A stretch of DNA of 64,000 bases, from the NCBI GenBank assembly GCA_963745025.1, contig CAVUWD010000016.1, forward strand, positions 736,001-800,000, read 5' to 3'. Shown here in pieces: positions 48,332 to 58,636 of the stretch (the first letter of the stretch is position 1; every line of letters starts with the position of its first letter). Below the pieces are notes generated by a model, which saw only the letters and a list, made by a program, of their open reading frames with translations, was not told where the DNA came from and did no database searches. Both the position numbers and the translations under genes were made by a program. The stretch is from an uncultured delta proteobacterium (GTDB lineage Bacteria; Desulfobacterota; Binatia; JACPRU01).

Positions 48332-49537
48332 TCAGATCGCCTGCCGCGCGCGGAGCCCGGCGATCTCGTCCCAGCCGTAGCCGAGCTCGAGGAGGATCTC
48401 CTCGGTGTGCTGGCCGTGCTCGGGCGGCGTCCCGGTGGGCTCGAGCGGCGTGTCCTCCATGGTGATCGGGTTCCCGGCGAGCGTCACCTCGCCCGCCTCC
48501 GGGTGGTGGATGGTCGTGAGATAGCCGTTGAGCCGCGCCTGCTCGCTCGCCAGAATGTCGAGGTAACCTTCGACGCGCGTGGCCAGGATGTCCGCGCCGT
48601 TCAAGAGCTCGAGCCACTCCGCCGTGGTGCGGGTCGGGAAGATCCCGTCCAGGACCTTCTCGATCTTGTCACCGTAAAAGTTCCGGGTCACGTTGTCGCA
48701 CTGCGGATCGTCCCGCAGATGCTCGATACCGAGGAGCTTGCAGAAGGTGGGCCAGCGCTTGTCGTCGCATCCGGCAAGGCAGAGCCAGCCGTCCTTGGTG
48801 CGGAACGCACCCCAGACGCCGTGGAGAAGCTGGTGGCCGCGGCCGGCGCGCGGCGTCTCCCTGCCGGCGAACGACGCGTAGGCGAGCTCGAAGGCCTGCA
48901 TGGCAATCACCGTCCCATAGATGCTCGCGCCGACCTTCTGGCCCTTCCCTGCGCGTTCGCGCGCGTAAAGCGCCGCCAGGACGCTGGCGGCGAGGGCCAG
49001 GGCGGCGTTCGTGTCGGCGACCGTGGCGCCGGCCGGTAGAGGCGGATTTTCCGCAAGGCCGGTCTTCCCCATCAGGCCGCCCGCCGCCTGCGCGAGCGTG
49101 TCGCGGCTCGGGCGGAGCTTCCACGGGCCCGTCGGTCCCCACGACGAGCCCTGCGCGTAGACGAGGCGCGGGTGGCGGACGGAGAGCTCTTCGTACGAAA
49201 AGCCCAGTCGATCGAGGACCCCCGGCCGGTAGTTCGTGAGGAGCACGTCGGCGCGCGCGAGGAGCCGCCGGAGGATCTCCTTCCCCTCTTCCATCTTGAG
49301 GTCGAGCGTGATGCTCCGCTTGCCGCGATTCATAGCGAGAAAGTACGGGCTCACGTGCCCGGCGCGCACGCCCGGGAAGAACGTATCGGCGCGCAGGAAG
49401 CGCGAGAGGTCGCCGGTCTCGCGGTTCTCGACCTTCACGACGTCGGCGCCCATGTCAGCGAGGTACAGCGCGGCGTACGGTCCCTGTATCTCCTGACCGA
49501 TCTCGACGACTTGGATGCCCGCAAGCGGTCCCGCCAT
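48332..49537 (-). CDS. CaiB/BaiF family III CoA-transferase
   Basis: GPYAALYLADMGADVVKVE, NRGKRSITLDLK, NYRPG, VAD, PEHGQHT. Confidence 0.94.
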   Translation of the reverse strand: MAGPLAGIQVVEIGQEIQGPYAALYLADMGADVVKVENRETGDLSRFLRADTFFPGVRAGHVSPYFLAMNRGKRSITLDLKMEEGKEILRRLLARADVLLTNYRPGVLDRLGFSYEELSVRHPRLVYAQGSSWGPTGPWKLRPSRDTLAQAAGGLMGKTGLAENPPLPAGATVADTNAALALAASVLAALYARERAGKGQKVGASIYGTVIAMQAFELAYASFAGRETPRAGRGHQLLHGVWGAFRTKDGWLCLAGCDDKRWPTFCKLLGIEHLRDDPQCDNVTRNFYGDKIEKVLDGIFPTRTTAEWLELLNGADILATRVEGYLDILASEQARLNGYLTTIHHPEAGEVTLAGNPITMEDTPLEPTGTPPEHGQHTEEILLELGYGWDEIAGLRARQAI

Positions 49538-49695
49538 GGAGAGCTCCTTTCGCAGAACGCGCGCGACCGCGCGCGGTCGAAATCTATGAGAATCTTCGCC
49601 TCGCGATCAACTATTCGACTGTTGTATTTGGTACTCGTATCAGCATCGGACCGCGGGGCGAAACGGCCGAAGCAAACGCCGCAGGGGGAGAACTC

Positions 49696-50808
49696 ATGAG
49701 GATCGGCATCCAGATGCTCTTTCAGAATCCCGGCACGATGACGGACGCCGAGCTCTACGTCCGCGAGCTGAAGGTCGCCGAGCTCGCCGAACCGCTCGGC
49801 TTCGATACGCTATGGAGCGTCGAGCACCACTTCGACGACTACTCGATGTGCCCCGACAACATGCAGTTCCTCTCTTGGCTTGCCGGGCGCACTTCGCGAG
49901 TCGGTCTCGGCACGGCCGCCGTGATCCTTCCTTGGAACAACCCCCTTCGCGTGGTCGAAAAGATGATCCTGCTCGACCACCTCTCCCACGGTCGCGCGGT
50001 CTTCGGCATGGGCCGCGGGCTCGCCAAGATGGAATACCGCGGCATGATGGTCGACATGAACGAAGCCCGAGAGCGATTCGACGAGTCCGCGAAGATGATT
50101 CTCGCGGGTCTGGAGTCCGGGTACGTCGAGGGGAACGGCCGCTTCTACAAACAGACACGGACGGAGGTCCGACCGCGACCGCTACGGAGCTTCGCGGGCA
50201 GAACCTACTGCGTCGCCATGTCCCCCGATTCGGTGCTCGTGGCCGCCGAGCTGAAATCGGTGATGATGGTATTCTCGCAGTTCAGCGCCGAGACCGTGAA
50301 GCCGACGTTCGACAACTATCGACAGCACTTCGAGAAGTGTCACGGTGTGACGGCGCCGCCTCCGCTCTTCGTGGACTTCATGTACTGCGACGAGGACGCC
50401 GCGCGGGCCGCAGAGAAGAGCCGGAAGAACATCGCCGCGTACCTGAAGACGGTCTTCCAGCACTACGAGATGTTCGCCGAGCATTTCGGCAAGGCTCGTG
50501 GCTATGAGGCGTATGCCAAGAGCACCGAGATGATGAAGGCGGCAGGTCTCGAGAAAACGCTCGAAACCTACGTCGAGGCGCAGGCATGGGGAACTCCTCA
50601 GCAGATTCTCGATCGCTTGGAGAGGCGCCGCGCGATCCTCGGTGATTTCGAGATGAACATCTGCCCGAGCTTCTCGGCCCTGACGTTCGAAGAGATCGAG
50701 CGGAGCCTTGGTCTGTTCGCGCGGAAAGTCATGCCCGAGCTGCGGGACTGGGACGTAAGGAGCACGGCGCGACGCGACGAATCCACGGCCGCAGCAGCGG
50801 CCAAGTAG
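49696..50808 (+). CDS. Luciferase-like (LLM) flavin-dependent oxidoreductase
   Basis: AEPLGFDTLWSVEHHF, ILPWNNPLRV, LDHLSHGR, FGMGRG. Confidence 0.93.
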   Translation: MRIGIQMLFQNPGTMTDAELYVRELKVAELAEPLGFDTLWSVEHHFDDYSMCPDNMQFLSWLAGRTSRVGLGTAAVILPWNNPLRVVEKMILLDHLSHGRAVFGMGRGLAKMEYRGMMVDMNEARERFDESAKMILAGLESGYVEGNGRFYKQTRTEVRPRPLRSFAGRTYCVAMSPDSVLVAAELKSVMMVFSQFSAETVKPTFDNYRQHFEKCHGVTAPPPLFVDFMYCDEDAARAAEKSRKNIAAYLKTVFQHYEMFAEHFGKARGYEAYAKSTEMMKAAGLEKTLETYVEAQAWGTPQQILDRLERRRAILGDFEMNICPSFSALTFEEIERSLGLFARKVMPELRDWDVRSTARRDESTAAAAAK

Positions 50809-50842
50809 CAGGCCCGGCCCGTGATCGACCGAGCCCGATTCC

Positions 50843-51823
50843 TCAGCGGGCCGCGAGCGCGCAGCGGAGGCGCGCCTCCGCCCCGAGGCCGTGCTCGGCG
50901 CGCACCTCGACGCGCACGTCGACGATCTCCTCGGCACCCTCGCGGCGACGCGCCTCGACCCGGGAGCGCGTGCGGATCGTATCGCCGATCGAGATCGGCG
51001 CGAGCATGCGCAGGCGCCGCTCGCGGATCATCCCCGCCGGCCCGGTCCAATCGGTCACCACACGGTCGACGAAGCCGTGAAAGAACATCGTGTTCAGAAA
51101 CGCGTCCCCCACCCCCTGGGCGCGCGCGTAGTCGCGGTCGTGGTGGCCCGGAAAGTAGTCGCGCGTGGCCGCGGCGCCGTGTACGCAGAGACGGAGCGTC
51201 ACGGGCAGGACGACCTCCGGCAGGAGCTCGGCGCCCGAGCCGTGCTTCTCCTCTTCGGGCACTCGAGCAGCGGGGCTCGGCACGCCATCGCTGGCGACCG
51301 TGTAACGGAAGAGCACGTTCGCGTGGCGGGCGACCATTTCGCCGCGCTGGTTTCGGTAGAGAACGTCTGTCGAGATGAAGTGACCGTGTCCGAGAACGGT
51401 CCGCTTCTCGGGGCTCACGTCGCTCACGGCCTCCTCGACCGAGAGGCGGTCGCCGACCAGGATCGGTGCCAGGAACTCACTCTTGGTGGAGACGTTGATG
51501 ATCGTGTTCCCGGGAAGCGGCACCTGCGTCGCCAGCGTCGGTGGATAGTCGATTCCGTCCGGGCGCCAGAGGGGCGGCATCGACCAGACGAACAGCATTC
51601 CCGGAGGAGCCGGAATCGCACCAAACCGCGCGCGCGCCAGGGCTTCGTCCCAGTAGAGCGGATTCCGGTCGCGCACGAGCGCGCAGAAATGCTTGATCGC
51701 CGGCCAGTTGACCTCGTCTTCGCAGGCACGCGGCTCGATCCGCCGGCCGATCCACGACTGCGCCTCCTCGCCGCTTCCGTAGACGAGCGCGAGTCCCGTT
51801 TCGGTCTCGTCGAGCTCGCTCAT
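50843..51823 (-). CDS. Double hot-dog MaoC-like enoyl-CoA hydratase
   Basis: D.NPLYWD..A...APPGM (MaoC N-terminal unit); ATRDYFPGHHDRDYA (hydratase D..H motif). Confidence 0.88.
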   Translation of the reverse strand: MSELDETETGLALVYGSGEEAQSWIGRRIEPRACEDEVNWPAIKHFCALVRDRNPLYWDEALARARFGAIPAPPGMLFVWSMPPLWRPDGIDYPPTLATQVPLPGNTIINVSTKSEFLAPILVGDRLSVEEAVSDVSPEKRTVLGHGHFISTDVLYRNQRGEMVARHANVLFRYTVASDGVPSPAARVPEEEKHGSGAELLPEVVLPVTLRLCVHGAAATRDYFPGHHDRDYARAQGVGDAFLNTMFFHGFVDRVVTDWTGPAGMIRERRLRMLAPISIGDTIRTRSRVEARRREGAEEIVDVRVEVRAEHGLGAEARLRCALAAR

Positions 51824-52248
51824 CGGCTCTCCTCGTCGCTCGCGGCGATCGGCCGGAACTGCGGGACGCGGAAGCCGCCCGCTCGCTCCTCGAAGACGAC
51901 CGCGACCCGCAGGTCGACCCGCACTCGCGCGGGCTCGATTCCGACGATGTTCGTCATCATCTGCGGGCCCTCGTCGAGGCGCACCACGGCGAGAACGTAC
52001 GGCACATCGCCAGCGTAGGATTCGAATGGCGCCTGGTGGACGATCGTGAAGGTGACGACCCGGCCCTTCCCTTGCGACTCGACCCACTCGAGATCGGTCT
52101 TCCAGCAGCGCGGGCACCAGGCGCGCGGATAATGAATGAAGCTCGTGCAGGCCCGGCACCGTTGCAGAAGCAAGCGCCCCGCTCGCGCCCCGTCCCAGTA
52201 CGGGCGGGTCGTCTCGTTCACCCGCGGAAGCGGCTTTGCGGCGCTCAT
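51820..52248 (-). CDS. DUF35 Zn-ribbon/OB-fold protein
   Basis: PYWDGA..LLLQRC..C...YPR..CP.C, LDEGPQMMTNI. Confidence 0.93.
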   Translation of the reverse strand: MSAAKPLPRVNETTRPYWDGARAGRLLLQRCRACTSFIHYPRAWCPRCWKTDLEWVESQGKGRVVTFTIVHQAPFESYAGDVPYVLAVVRLDEGPQMMTNIVGIEPARVRVDLRVAVVFEERAGGFRVPQFRPIAASDEESR

Positions 52249-53417
52249 GGCCTCCGCCCGAAAATCAGCGTGCAGTGCTCCGCCATCATGCCTCCGTAGG
52301 TATGGACGAGGACGACGTCGGCGTCGGCGACTTGGCGGTCGCCGGCGAGACCCATCGTTTGCAGTGCGCCCTCGATGATCATCGACATGCCGGAGGCGTC
52401 TCCCGTGTGGCCGAACGAGAGCAGTCCGCCATAGGTGTTGATCGGCAGAGCGCCCCCGGGTGCGCCCCGGCCGTCGAGAAAGAAGCGGCCGCCCGCACCC
52501 GCAGCGGCGAGGCCCGTTTCCTCGAGGAACATGATCGGGTTGATCGTGAACGCATCGTAAATCTCGGCGACGCGAACGTCGCTCGGCTCGAGCCCCGCGG
52601 AGGCATACGCCTGCCGGGCCGCCTCTCCCGCGCTCATCGTCGCAAAGTCGCGCGATTGGCTGATCGGCCCGTGGTCGTGATACTCGCCGAAGCCGAGGAC
52701 GTACGCCGGTTGCGAGACGATCGAGCGCGCGATGTCGCCGCGCGAAACGAGGAACGCCGCTCCTCCTTCGCACGGGACCGAGCAGTCGAGCATGTGAAAC
52801 GGCTCGGCGATCGCCCGCGAGCCGAGAACGTCGCCGATCGTCAGGCGACCCTTCGAGCGCATGATGGCGTCGGGGTGGCGAAGCGCCCATTCGCGGCTCG
52901 AGACGGCCACCGCAGCGAGCGCCTCACGAGTGGTGCCGCGATCGTGCATGTGGCGCCGTGCCGCGAGCGCGTAAAGCGCCGGGATGAACGTGCCGTAGAT
53001 GAACTCGAAATCGGGATGGCTCACCATTCGCGCCATCGCCTCGGCGCCCCCCGCGCCGACTTTCGGAAACTTGCCGGCGGCCGCGCACAGCACGGCGTTC
53101 GCCCGCCCGCTCGCGACGGCGAGGGCGGCGCGAGCGGCCATCAGGGCGTAGGTCGCGCCGCCGGCGTTCAGTGTCTCGGAGAAGATCGGGTGGAGGCCGA
53201 GCGAATCGCCGAGGTTCTCGTGAACGAAGAGGTCGGCGCCGGTGCCCGTCGCCATGCCCGCCGGCGCGACGAGGAGGCCGTCGACCAGCGACGGGTCGAT
53301 TCGCCACTCGTCGAGGAACGCTCGAACTACGCGCTCATAAAGGTCCAGAACGTCGAGCTCGGGAAACCGCCCCGGGCGGATCTCGGTCGCCGCAGCAATG
53401 GCAGGCTCGCGATGCAC
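52245..53417 (-). CDS. Thiolase-like protein (Ltp2/SCP-x type, no nucleophilic Cys)
   Basis: LNAGGAT at the usual Cys position, LDCS..CEGG, EIYDAFT, INTYGGLLSFGH. Confidence 0.9.
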   Translation of the reverse strand: MHREPAIAAATEIRPGRFPELDVLDLYERVVRAFLDEWRIDPSLVDGLLVAPAGMATGTGADLFVHENLGDSLGLHPIFSETLNAGGATYALMAARAALAVASGRANAVLCAAAGKFPKVGAGGAEAMARMVSHPDFEFIYGTFIPALYALAARRHMHDRGTTREALAAVAVSSREWALRHPDAIMRSKGRLTIGDVLGSRAIAEPFHMLDCSVPCEGGAAFLVSRGDIARSIVSQPAYVLGFGEYHDHGPISQSRDFATMSAGEAARQAYASAGLEPSDVRVAEIYDAFTINPIMFLEETGLAAAGAGGRFFLDGRGAPGGALPINTYGGLLSFGHTGDASGMSMIIEGALQTMGLAGDRQVADADVVLVHTYGGMMAEHCTLIFGRRP

Positions 53418-53507
53418 TGGACGCTGTTCTTACATAGCTTCGCGATTCAGCACGAGCCCGGTGGCCGATTCAGTGCCGACTCGTCGATCGAGTCGAGTCC
53501 TGCCCGG

Positions 53508-53891
53508 CTATGGGCAGGTCGCGGCGACGTGTCGCATCGAGCTCACGCGGATGTGCTCGTGCCCGGCTTCGCTCTCCCCCTTCTCCGCCGCCCCTGAAGC
53601 TTTCTCCACCTTTTCGGCCTGCTTGGAGGAGACCTTCTCCCCCTTCACTTCCACCTTGTGACCGACATGATCCTTCAGATCCTTGCCACCGACGAGCTCG
53701 TACTCTTCGCTGCCGCCGTTGACGTTCGTCAGCTTGAACTCATTCGGCGCGTCTCCCTTCGCGAGACATCCGATGTAGGTTTCCGCCGACGACTTCTGAC
53801 CCGTCGAAGGGCCCGCCGTTTCCGCCGCCCACGCCCCGGTGGCGAGCATCAATCCCATCGTGATACCTATCGCGAGCATCGTGTTCTTCAC
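53508..53891 (-). CDS. Small exported hypothetical protein
   Basis: AGGAGG RBS, signal peptide AWA, GCL...YEL...LKDHVGHKVEVKG. Confidence 0.8.
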   Translation of the reverse strand: MKNTMLAIGITMGLMLATGAWAAETAGPSTGQKSSAETYIGCLAKGDAPNEFKLTNVNGGSEEYELVGGKDLKDHVGHKVEVKGEKVSSKQAEKVEKASGAAEKGESEAGHEHIRVSSMRHVAATCP

Positions 53892-54165
53892 TGGTTGTCC
53901 TCCTATTGGTGAGAATCACTACGCGCCGCTCGAGCATCGCGACGCTATCACCGGCTATGGGCGCTGGTTCCGCGCCTGTCAATCGGCGATTTCGGGACCG
54001 TAGAGAGCACGTTAGAGGAGGCAACTAGCGGCTACCCGGCCGACGTGTCTTGAGCCTGACTCGAAGGTCAACAGCCCCACGGCGCGGGAAACCATTGCGT
54101 TGTCGGCGCTGTTGATATCGTCTAAGGAAGCGCGGCCCGAGCCGGGCCCCGTTTCCGCTACTCGC

Positions 54166-54992
54166 ATGACTACGACCCCCCATAGCCGAGACTTGCATGT
54201 GCGCTTCGAAACCGTGCGCATGGCGTTCGGTGAGCGAATCGTGTTCGAATCGCTCTCCTGCGGCTTCGCACGCGGCAAGATCTCGGTGATTCTGGGGGGA
54301 GCGGTTCGGGCAAGAGCACGATCCTCAAGCTGATCGGCGGCCTCGTCCGGCCCCAGGCCGGGGCGATCTTCGTCGACGGGGACGACGTGGTCGGTCTCTC
54401 CGAGCGGCGGATGTACGAGGTCCGCCGCAAGCTCGGCATGATGTTCCAGGCGGGAGCGTTGCTCGACTCGCTCAGCGTGTTCGACAATCTGGCGTTTCCG
54501 TTGCGCGAGCACACCAAACTCTCCGAGGCAGAGATCGCCGCCGAGGTGCACGAGTGTTTGACCGCGGTCGGCATGTCGAACGTCGGGGACCTCCTGCCCG
54601 GTCAGCTGTCGGGAGGAATGCTCAAGCGCGCGGCCCTCGCTCGCGCGATCATCCGCAAGCCCGCCGTCCTGCTCTGCGACGAACCGTTCTCGGGATTGGA
54701 TCCCGCGTCCACCAAACGGATCGAGCTGCTGCTCGTGCGTATGAACCGGGATTTCGGTGTCACCATGCTGGTCGTCTCGCACCACATCCCCTCGACGATG
54801 CGCATGGCGAATCGCATCCTTCTCCTGCTTCCGCACGCCCCGATCGAGGGATCGCCGAACGAGCTTCGTGCCAGCGCCGATCCACGGGTCACGAGCTTCC
54901 TCACGGAGGAGGCCGGGCCCGCCGACGCGGCCGACGAGCCGGACGAGCTCCCGGCGGGACGGGCACTGCACGCCAAGGGTGGTCGATGGTAA
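54166..54992 (+). CDS. mlaF: MlaF ABC ATP-binding protein (indel at G6 run near 54295)
   Basis: G.SGSGKS split by the frameshift, MMFQAGALLDSL, LSGGM.KR..LARA, DEPFSGLDP. Confidence 0.92.
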
Positions 54993-55771
54993 CCCGCGTC
55001 CAGCCCGTCGGAGACTTGGGCTTTCTGGCGATTCGCTTCGTCGACGACCTCGGCAAGCTCGCCGTCTTCACGCTGCAGATCCTCTTCGCGCTCGTCACGC
55101 CTCCGCTCCGCGTGCGCGCTTTCGTGACGGAGATCTTCAAGCTCGGCGTGCTCTCGCTGGTCATCATCTGCGTGAGCGGACTGGCGGTCGGCATGGTGCT
55201 CGGCCTGCAGGGCTACAACACGCTCGTTCGCTTCGGCGCCGAGAACTCGCTCGGCGCGGTCGTCGGCCTGAGCCTGATTCGCGAGCTCGGGCCGGTCCTG
55301 ACGGCGCTCCTCGCTACCGGCCGCGCCGGCTCCGCGACCGCGGCCGAGATCGGCACGATGGTCGCGACCGAGCAGCTCGACGGCCTGCGCATGATGTCGA
55401 TCGATCCCGTCCATCTCGTCGTGACGCCGAAGGCGACGGCGATGCTCGCGGTCATGCCGCTTCTCTCCGCGCTGTTCATCGTCTGCGGGCTCTTCGGCGG
55501 CTACGTCGTCGGCGTCGGGTTGATGGGGCTCGACGGCGGCACCTACATGTCGAGTCTCCAGTCCGCCGTCGACTTTCACGACGACGTACTCGGGAGCCTC
55601 TTGAAGGCGATCTGTTTCGGCGTCCTCGTCGGGCTCATCGCCACCTATCGCGGCTACACCAGCGCGCCGACCTCGGCGGGCGTCAGCGCCGCGACGACCT
55701 CGACGGTCGTCGTGGCCTCGGTCAGCATCCTGATCTTCGACTACTTCATCACGGCTCTCTGGGGGGTGTGA
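54986..55771 (+). CDS. mlaE: MlaE permease
   Basis: LGLQG, RELGPVLTALL..GRAGSA..AEIGTM..TEQLD. Confidence 0.95.
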   Translation: MVTRVQPVGDLGFLAIRFVDDLGKLAVFTLQILFALVTPPLRVRAFVTEIFKLGVLSLVIICVSGLAVGMVLGLQGYNTLVRFGAENSLGAVVGLSLIRELGPVLTALLATGRAGSATAAEIGTMVATEQLDGLRMMSIDPVHLVVTPKATAMLAVMPLLSALFIVCGLFGGYVVGVGLMGLDGGTYMSSLQSAVDFHDDVLGSLLKAICFGVLVGLIATYRGYTSAPTSAGVSAATTSTVVVASVSILIFDYFITALWGV

Positions 55772-55775
55772 ACGA

Positions 55776-56282
55776 ATGACCCGGTCGCCCATGCGTGATC
55801 TCCTCGTCGGACTCTTCGTGCTCGCCGGTCTCGGCGCGCTCGCCTATCTGTCGTTCAGCGTCGGCGGACTCTCGTACGGCGGGCCTGGAGGCCTCACGCT
55901 TTACGCGGCCTTCGACCAGACCGGCGGCCTCAAGTCGCGGGCTCCGGTAGTCATCTCCGGTGTGAAGGTCGGACAGGTCAAGTCGATCACTCTCGACAAG
56001 AGCTATCGCGCCCGCGTCGAGCTCGACCTCGACTCGCGATTGAAGATTCCCACCGACACGACCGCGTCGATCGTCACCGCGGGAATGCTCGGCGATCGCT
56101 ACGTCTCGCTGCAGCTCGGGGGCGAGGAGCAGTTCCTCAAGCCCGGCGAATCGCTCACCTTCACCGAATCGGCGGTGATCCTCGAGCGTCTGATCGGCAA
56201 GTTCATGTATGGGCGCACCGGCGGTGGCGCTGGCAGTGGCACCGACAACGGCGGGGGCAGTGCGGAAAAGAAGGGATCGTGA
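55776..56282 (+). CDS. mlaD: MlaD MCE-domain protein
   Basis: VGLFVLAG, F...GGLKSRAPV.ISGVKVG.V, T.GMLGDRYV, LERLIGKF. Confidence 0.95.
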   Translation: MTRSPMRDLLVGLFVLAGLGALAYLSFSVGGLSYGGPGGLTLYAAFDQTGGLKSRAPVVISGVKVGQVKSITLDKSYRARVELDLDSRLKIPTDTTASIVTAGMLGDRYVSLQLGGEEQFLKPGESLTFTESAVILERLIGKFMYGRTGGGAGSGTDNGGGSAEKKGS

Positions 56283-56286
56283 ACAG

Positions 56287-57099
56287 ATGAAGGGGGTGGC
56301 GAAGTGGGTTGGAAACGGCTCGTACCTGTCGGTCTTCCTTGCGTTGACTCTCGCATCCACGGTTCTGGCAGAGACGCCGGAGCCCCACCCCGGAACGCGG
56401 CCCATGCCGCTCCCACCGTTGACAGCGGCGGAGGCGCCTGTTGCCGCTGAGAGCGATCCCCTGGAATCGCTCAACCGGAAGATCTTCTGGTTCAACGACA
56501 AGCTCGACGTCTACGTCCTGGAACCGGTGGCGAAGGGCTGGGACTTCGTCATGCCGAATCGGGTTCAGACATGTGTGTCGAACTTCTTCTACAATCTGCG
56601 CTTTCCCATCGAGACGCTGAACGACCTCCTCCAAGGTAAGGTCCAGTATGCGGTCTCAGACGTCGGTCGCTTCTTTGTGAACACCACCGTCGGCATCGCC
56701 GGCTTCTTCGACCCCGCCACGTCGCTCGGGATGGAGCTTCACTGGGAGGACTTCGGGCAGACGCTCGGCTGGTGGGGCGTCGGTACCGGGCCCTATCTCG
56801 TGCTCCCCATTCTCGGGCCCTCGGACATTCGTGACGGTGGCGGACTGATCGTCGATACCGCCTCGAGCATCACGCCGTTCTTCGTGAGCAGCTACTATCT
56901 CCTGGCCGCCCGGACGGTGGACATCGTCAACACCCGGGCCGTCTATGCCGACACCATCCGCCGGGCGAAGGAAGCGTCGTTCGACTACTACACCTTCGTG
57001 CGCAACGCCTACCTGCAGCGCCGGGCTGGCCTGGTCAACGATGAGGCGCCAGCCACGGAGAAGGGCCAGGAGGAACTGTACCACCCCGAAGGCGATTAA
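56287..57099 (+). CDS. mlaA: MlaA/VacJ family protein
   Basis: DPLESLNR, NFFYNL, RFFVNTTVG, EDFGQTLG.WG, GPYLVLP.LGPS, Y...RNAYLQRR. Confidence 0.94.
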   Translation: MKGVAKWVGNGSYLSVFLALTLASTVLAETPEPHPGTRPMPLPPLTAAEAPVAAESDPLESLNRKIFWFNDKLDVYVLEPVAKGWDFVMPNRVQTCVSNFFYNLRFPIETLNDLLQGKVQYAVSDVGRFFVNTTVGIAGFFDPATSLGMELHWEDFGQTLGWWGVGTGPYLVLPILGPSDIRDGGGLIVDTASSITPFFVSSYYLLAARTVDIVNTRAVYADTIRRAKEASFDYYTFVRNAYLQRRAGLVNDEAPATEKGQEELYHPEGD

Positions 57100-57123
57100 G
57101 TGTTCAAAGGACTGCGGAGGAAG

Positions 57124-57750
57124 ATGGCCGTGAAATCACGTCGATTCTGGTCGATGTCGGGGCTCTTGGTCGCGTTGTTCGTGATGCTCGCGCGAACGGC
57201 GCCCGCCGCGGACTCGCCGCGCGACGTGGTGCGCCGGATGAGCGATGCGGTCATCGCGGTGCTGCAGGAGAAGAATCTCTCAGCCGACGCGAAGCGCGAC
57301 AAGATACGCGGCATCGTTGAGGGCTACGTCGACTTCGAGACGATGGCGCGCCTGGTGCTGGCGCGCAACTGGAACGGCCTCGACGACTCCAAGCAGGGGG
57401 AGTTCACCGAGGAGTTCAAGCGGCATTTGTCGGTGACGTACGGAAAGAACGTCGAGACGTACAACAACGAGAAGGTGCAGATCACGGGCGACCGTGACGA
57501 GGGTCGCGGCGATTGGACCGTGCAGACGAAGATCCTTCATCCGCAGGGCGGCGGCGACGACATCCTGGTCGATTACCGCCTGCGTCAGTTGAGCGGCGAG
57601 TGGAAGGTCATCGACGTCGTCATCGAGCGAGTGAGCTTGGTGTCGAACTTCCGCTCGCAGTTCCAGGAAGTGATGGCGAACGGCGGCATCGACCGGCTGC
57701 TCAAGTTGCTGCGCGAGAAGAACGCTGCCGGGCAGCCGTTGAAATCGTAG
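57124..57750 (+). CDS. mlaC: MlaC/Ttg2D periplasmic lipid-binding protein
   Basis: DFETMARLVL, VDYRL, WKVIDV.IE.VSLVSNFRSQF. Confidence 0.94.
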   Translation: MAVKSRRFWSMSGLLVALFVMLARTAPAADSPRDVVRRMSDAVIAVLQEKNLSADAKRDKIRGIVEGYVDFETMARLVLARNWNGLDDSKQGEFTEEFKRHLSVTYGKNVETYNNEKVQITGDRDEGRGDWTVQTKILHPQGGGDDILVDYRLRQLSGEWKVIDVVIERVSLVSNFRSQFQEVMANGGIDRLLKLLREKNAAGQPLKS

Positions 57751-57758
57751 GACCCCTT

Positions 57759-57812
57759 CGGCTACCGGCTACCGGACAGAATCCGCGAAGTCCTTGTCTG
57801 TAGCCCGTAGCC
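57759..57812. repeat. GCTACCG-heptamer element, copy 5
   Basis: cggctaccggctaccggac-agaatccgcgaagtcctt-gtctgtagcccgtagcc between convergent genes. Confidence 0.85.
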
Positions 57813-58241
57813 CTACTTCTTTTCAGCGTTCCACGGGCCGACGCCCGAGATCCGTTCGGGAACGATGCGGGTGATGTAACCGGCGCGGCTGCGAATCGCC
57901 TCGGGCGGGAAGACCGCATCGGGGCTCATGTAGATTTTCGCCAGCCGCTGAAGAAGATCGGCCGCACCCCCTTCGGTGATGCGCGCGTTGCCGTAAACCA
58001 CGAGGTACTCGCGAAGCCCCATGGGATTGCGGCCGTGGCCGAGGAGCGAGAGCGCCACCCGCGCATCGCGGCGGACGTTCTTCACCTTGTGCCACACCCC
58101 CATGTGACCGATGACGAATTCCTCGCCATCGATCCCTAGCCACACGACAGTGACCTGCGGGCTGCCATCGGCATTGAGCGTCGTCAGATGTGCGAGCGGG
58201 CCGGTCGCAACCAGATCGCGGACCGAAGAGGGGATCTTCAT
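57813..58241 (-). CDS. PPOX-class (probably F420-dependent) oxidoreductase
   Basis: LAHLTTLNADGSPQVTVVW, KVKNVRRDARVALS. Confidence 0.9.
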   Translation of the reverse strand: MKIPSSVRDLVATGPLAHLTTLNADGSPQVTVVWLGIDGEEFVIGHMGVWHKVKNVRRDARVALSLLGHGRNPMGLREYLVVYGNARITEGGAADLLQRLAKIYMSPDAVFPPEAIRSRAGYITRIVPERISGVGPWNAEKK

Positions 58242-58636
58242 GGCATCGGTTTCTCCTTCTCCGCTTCGGCGGTCACGACGCGCACGCGATACGGGAGCAG
58301 CATCGCATAGACATCGTAGCCCTCTCGCGCGCGAAGGTTGAGCTCGCGCTCGAAAGACGGCTCGAGCGCCTTCGCGAGGGCCCCGCCGAGCATCGATCCG
58401 AGCGCGTTACCGAGCACCTCGAACGGGTGATCCGAGTTGGCCTTTTCCGGCGAAGCCCGTAGCGGCACCGTGACCACGTTGGTAACCGGGTTCACCGTGA
58501 TCGCGTCGCCGGGATTGCCGACCAAGCGCTTACTCCGCAGGTCCCCGGCTTGCCGGCGCGCATCGGCGACACCGTACAGGTGCCAACCGAAGACGAGGCA
58601 GACGACGATGCCGAGAACGACGAGCATCCGTGACAT
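58238..58636 (-). CDS. Hypothetical membrane-anchored protein
   Basis: N-terminal TM; stop overlaps the next start. Confidence 0.7.
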   Translation of the reverse strand: MSRMLVVLGIVVCLVFGWHLYGVADARRQAGDLRSKRLVGNPGDAITVNPVTNVVTVPLRASPEKANSDHPFEVLGNALGSMLGGALAKALEPSFERELNLRAREGYDVYAMLLPYRVRVVTAEAEKEKPMP

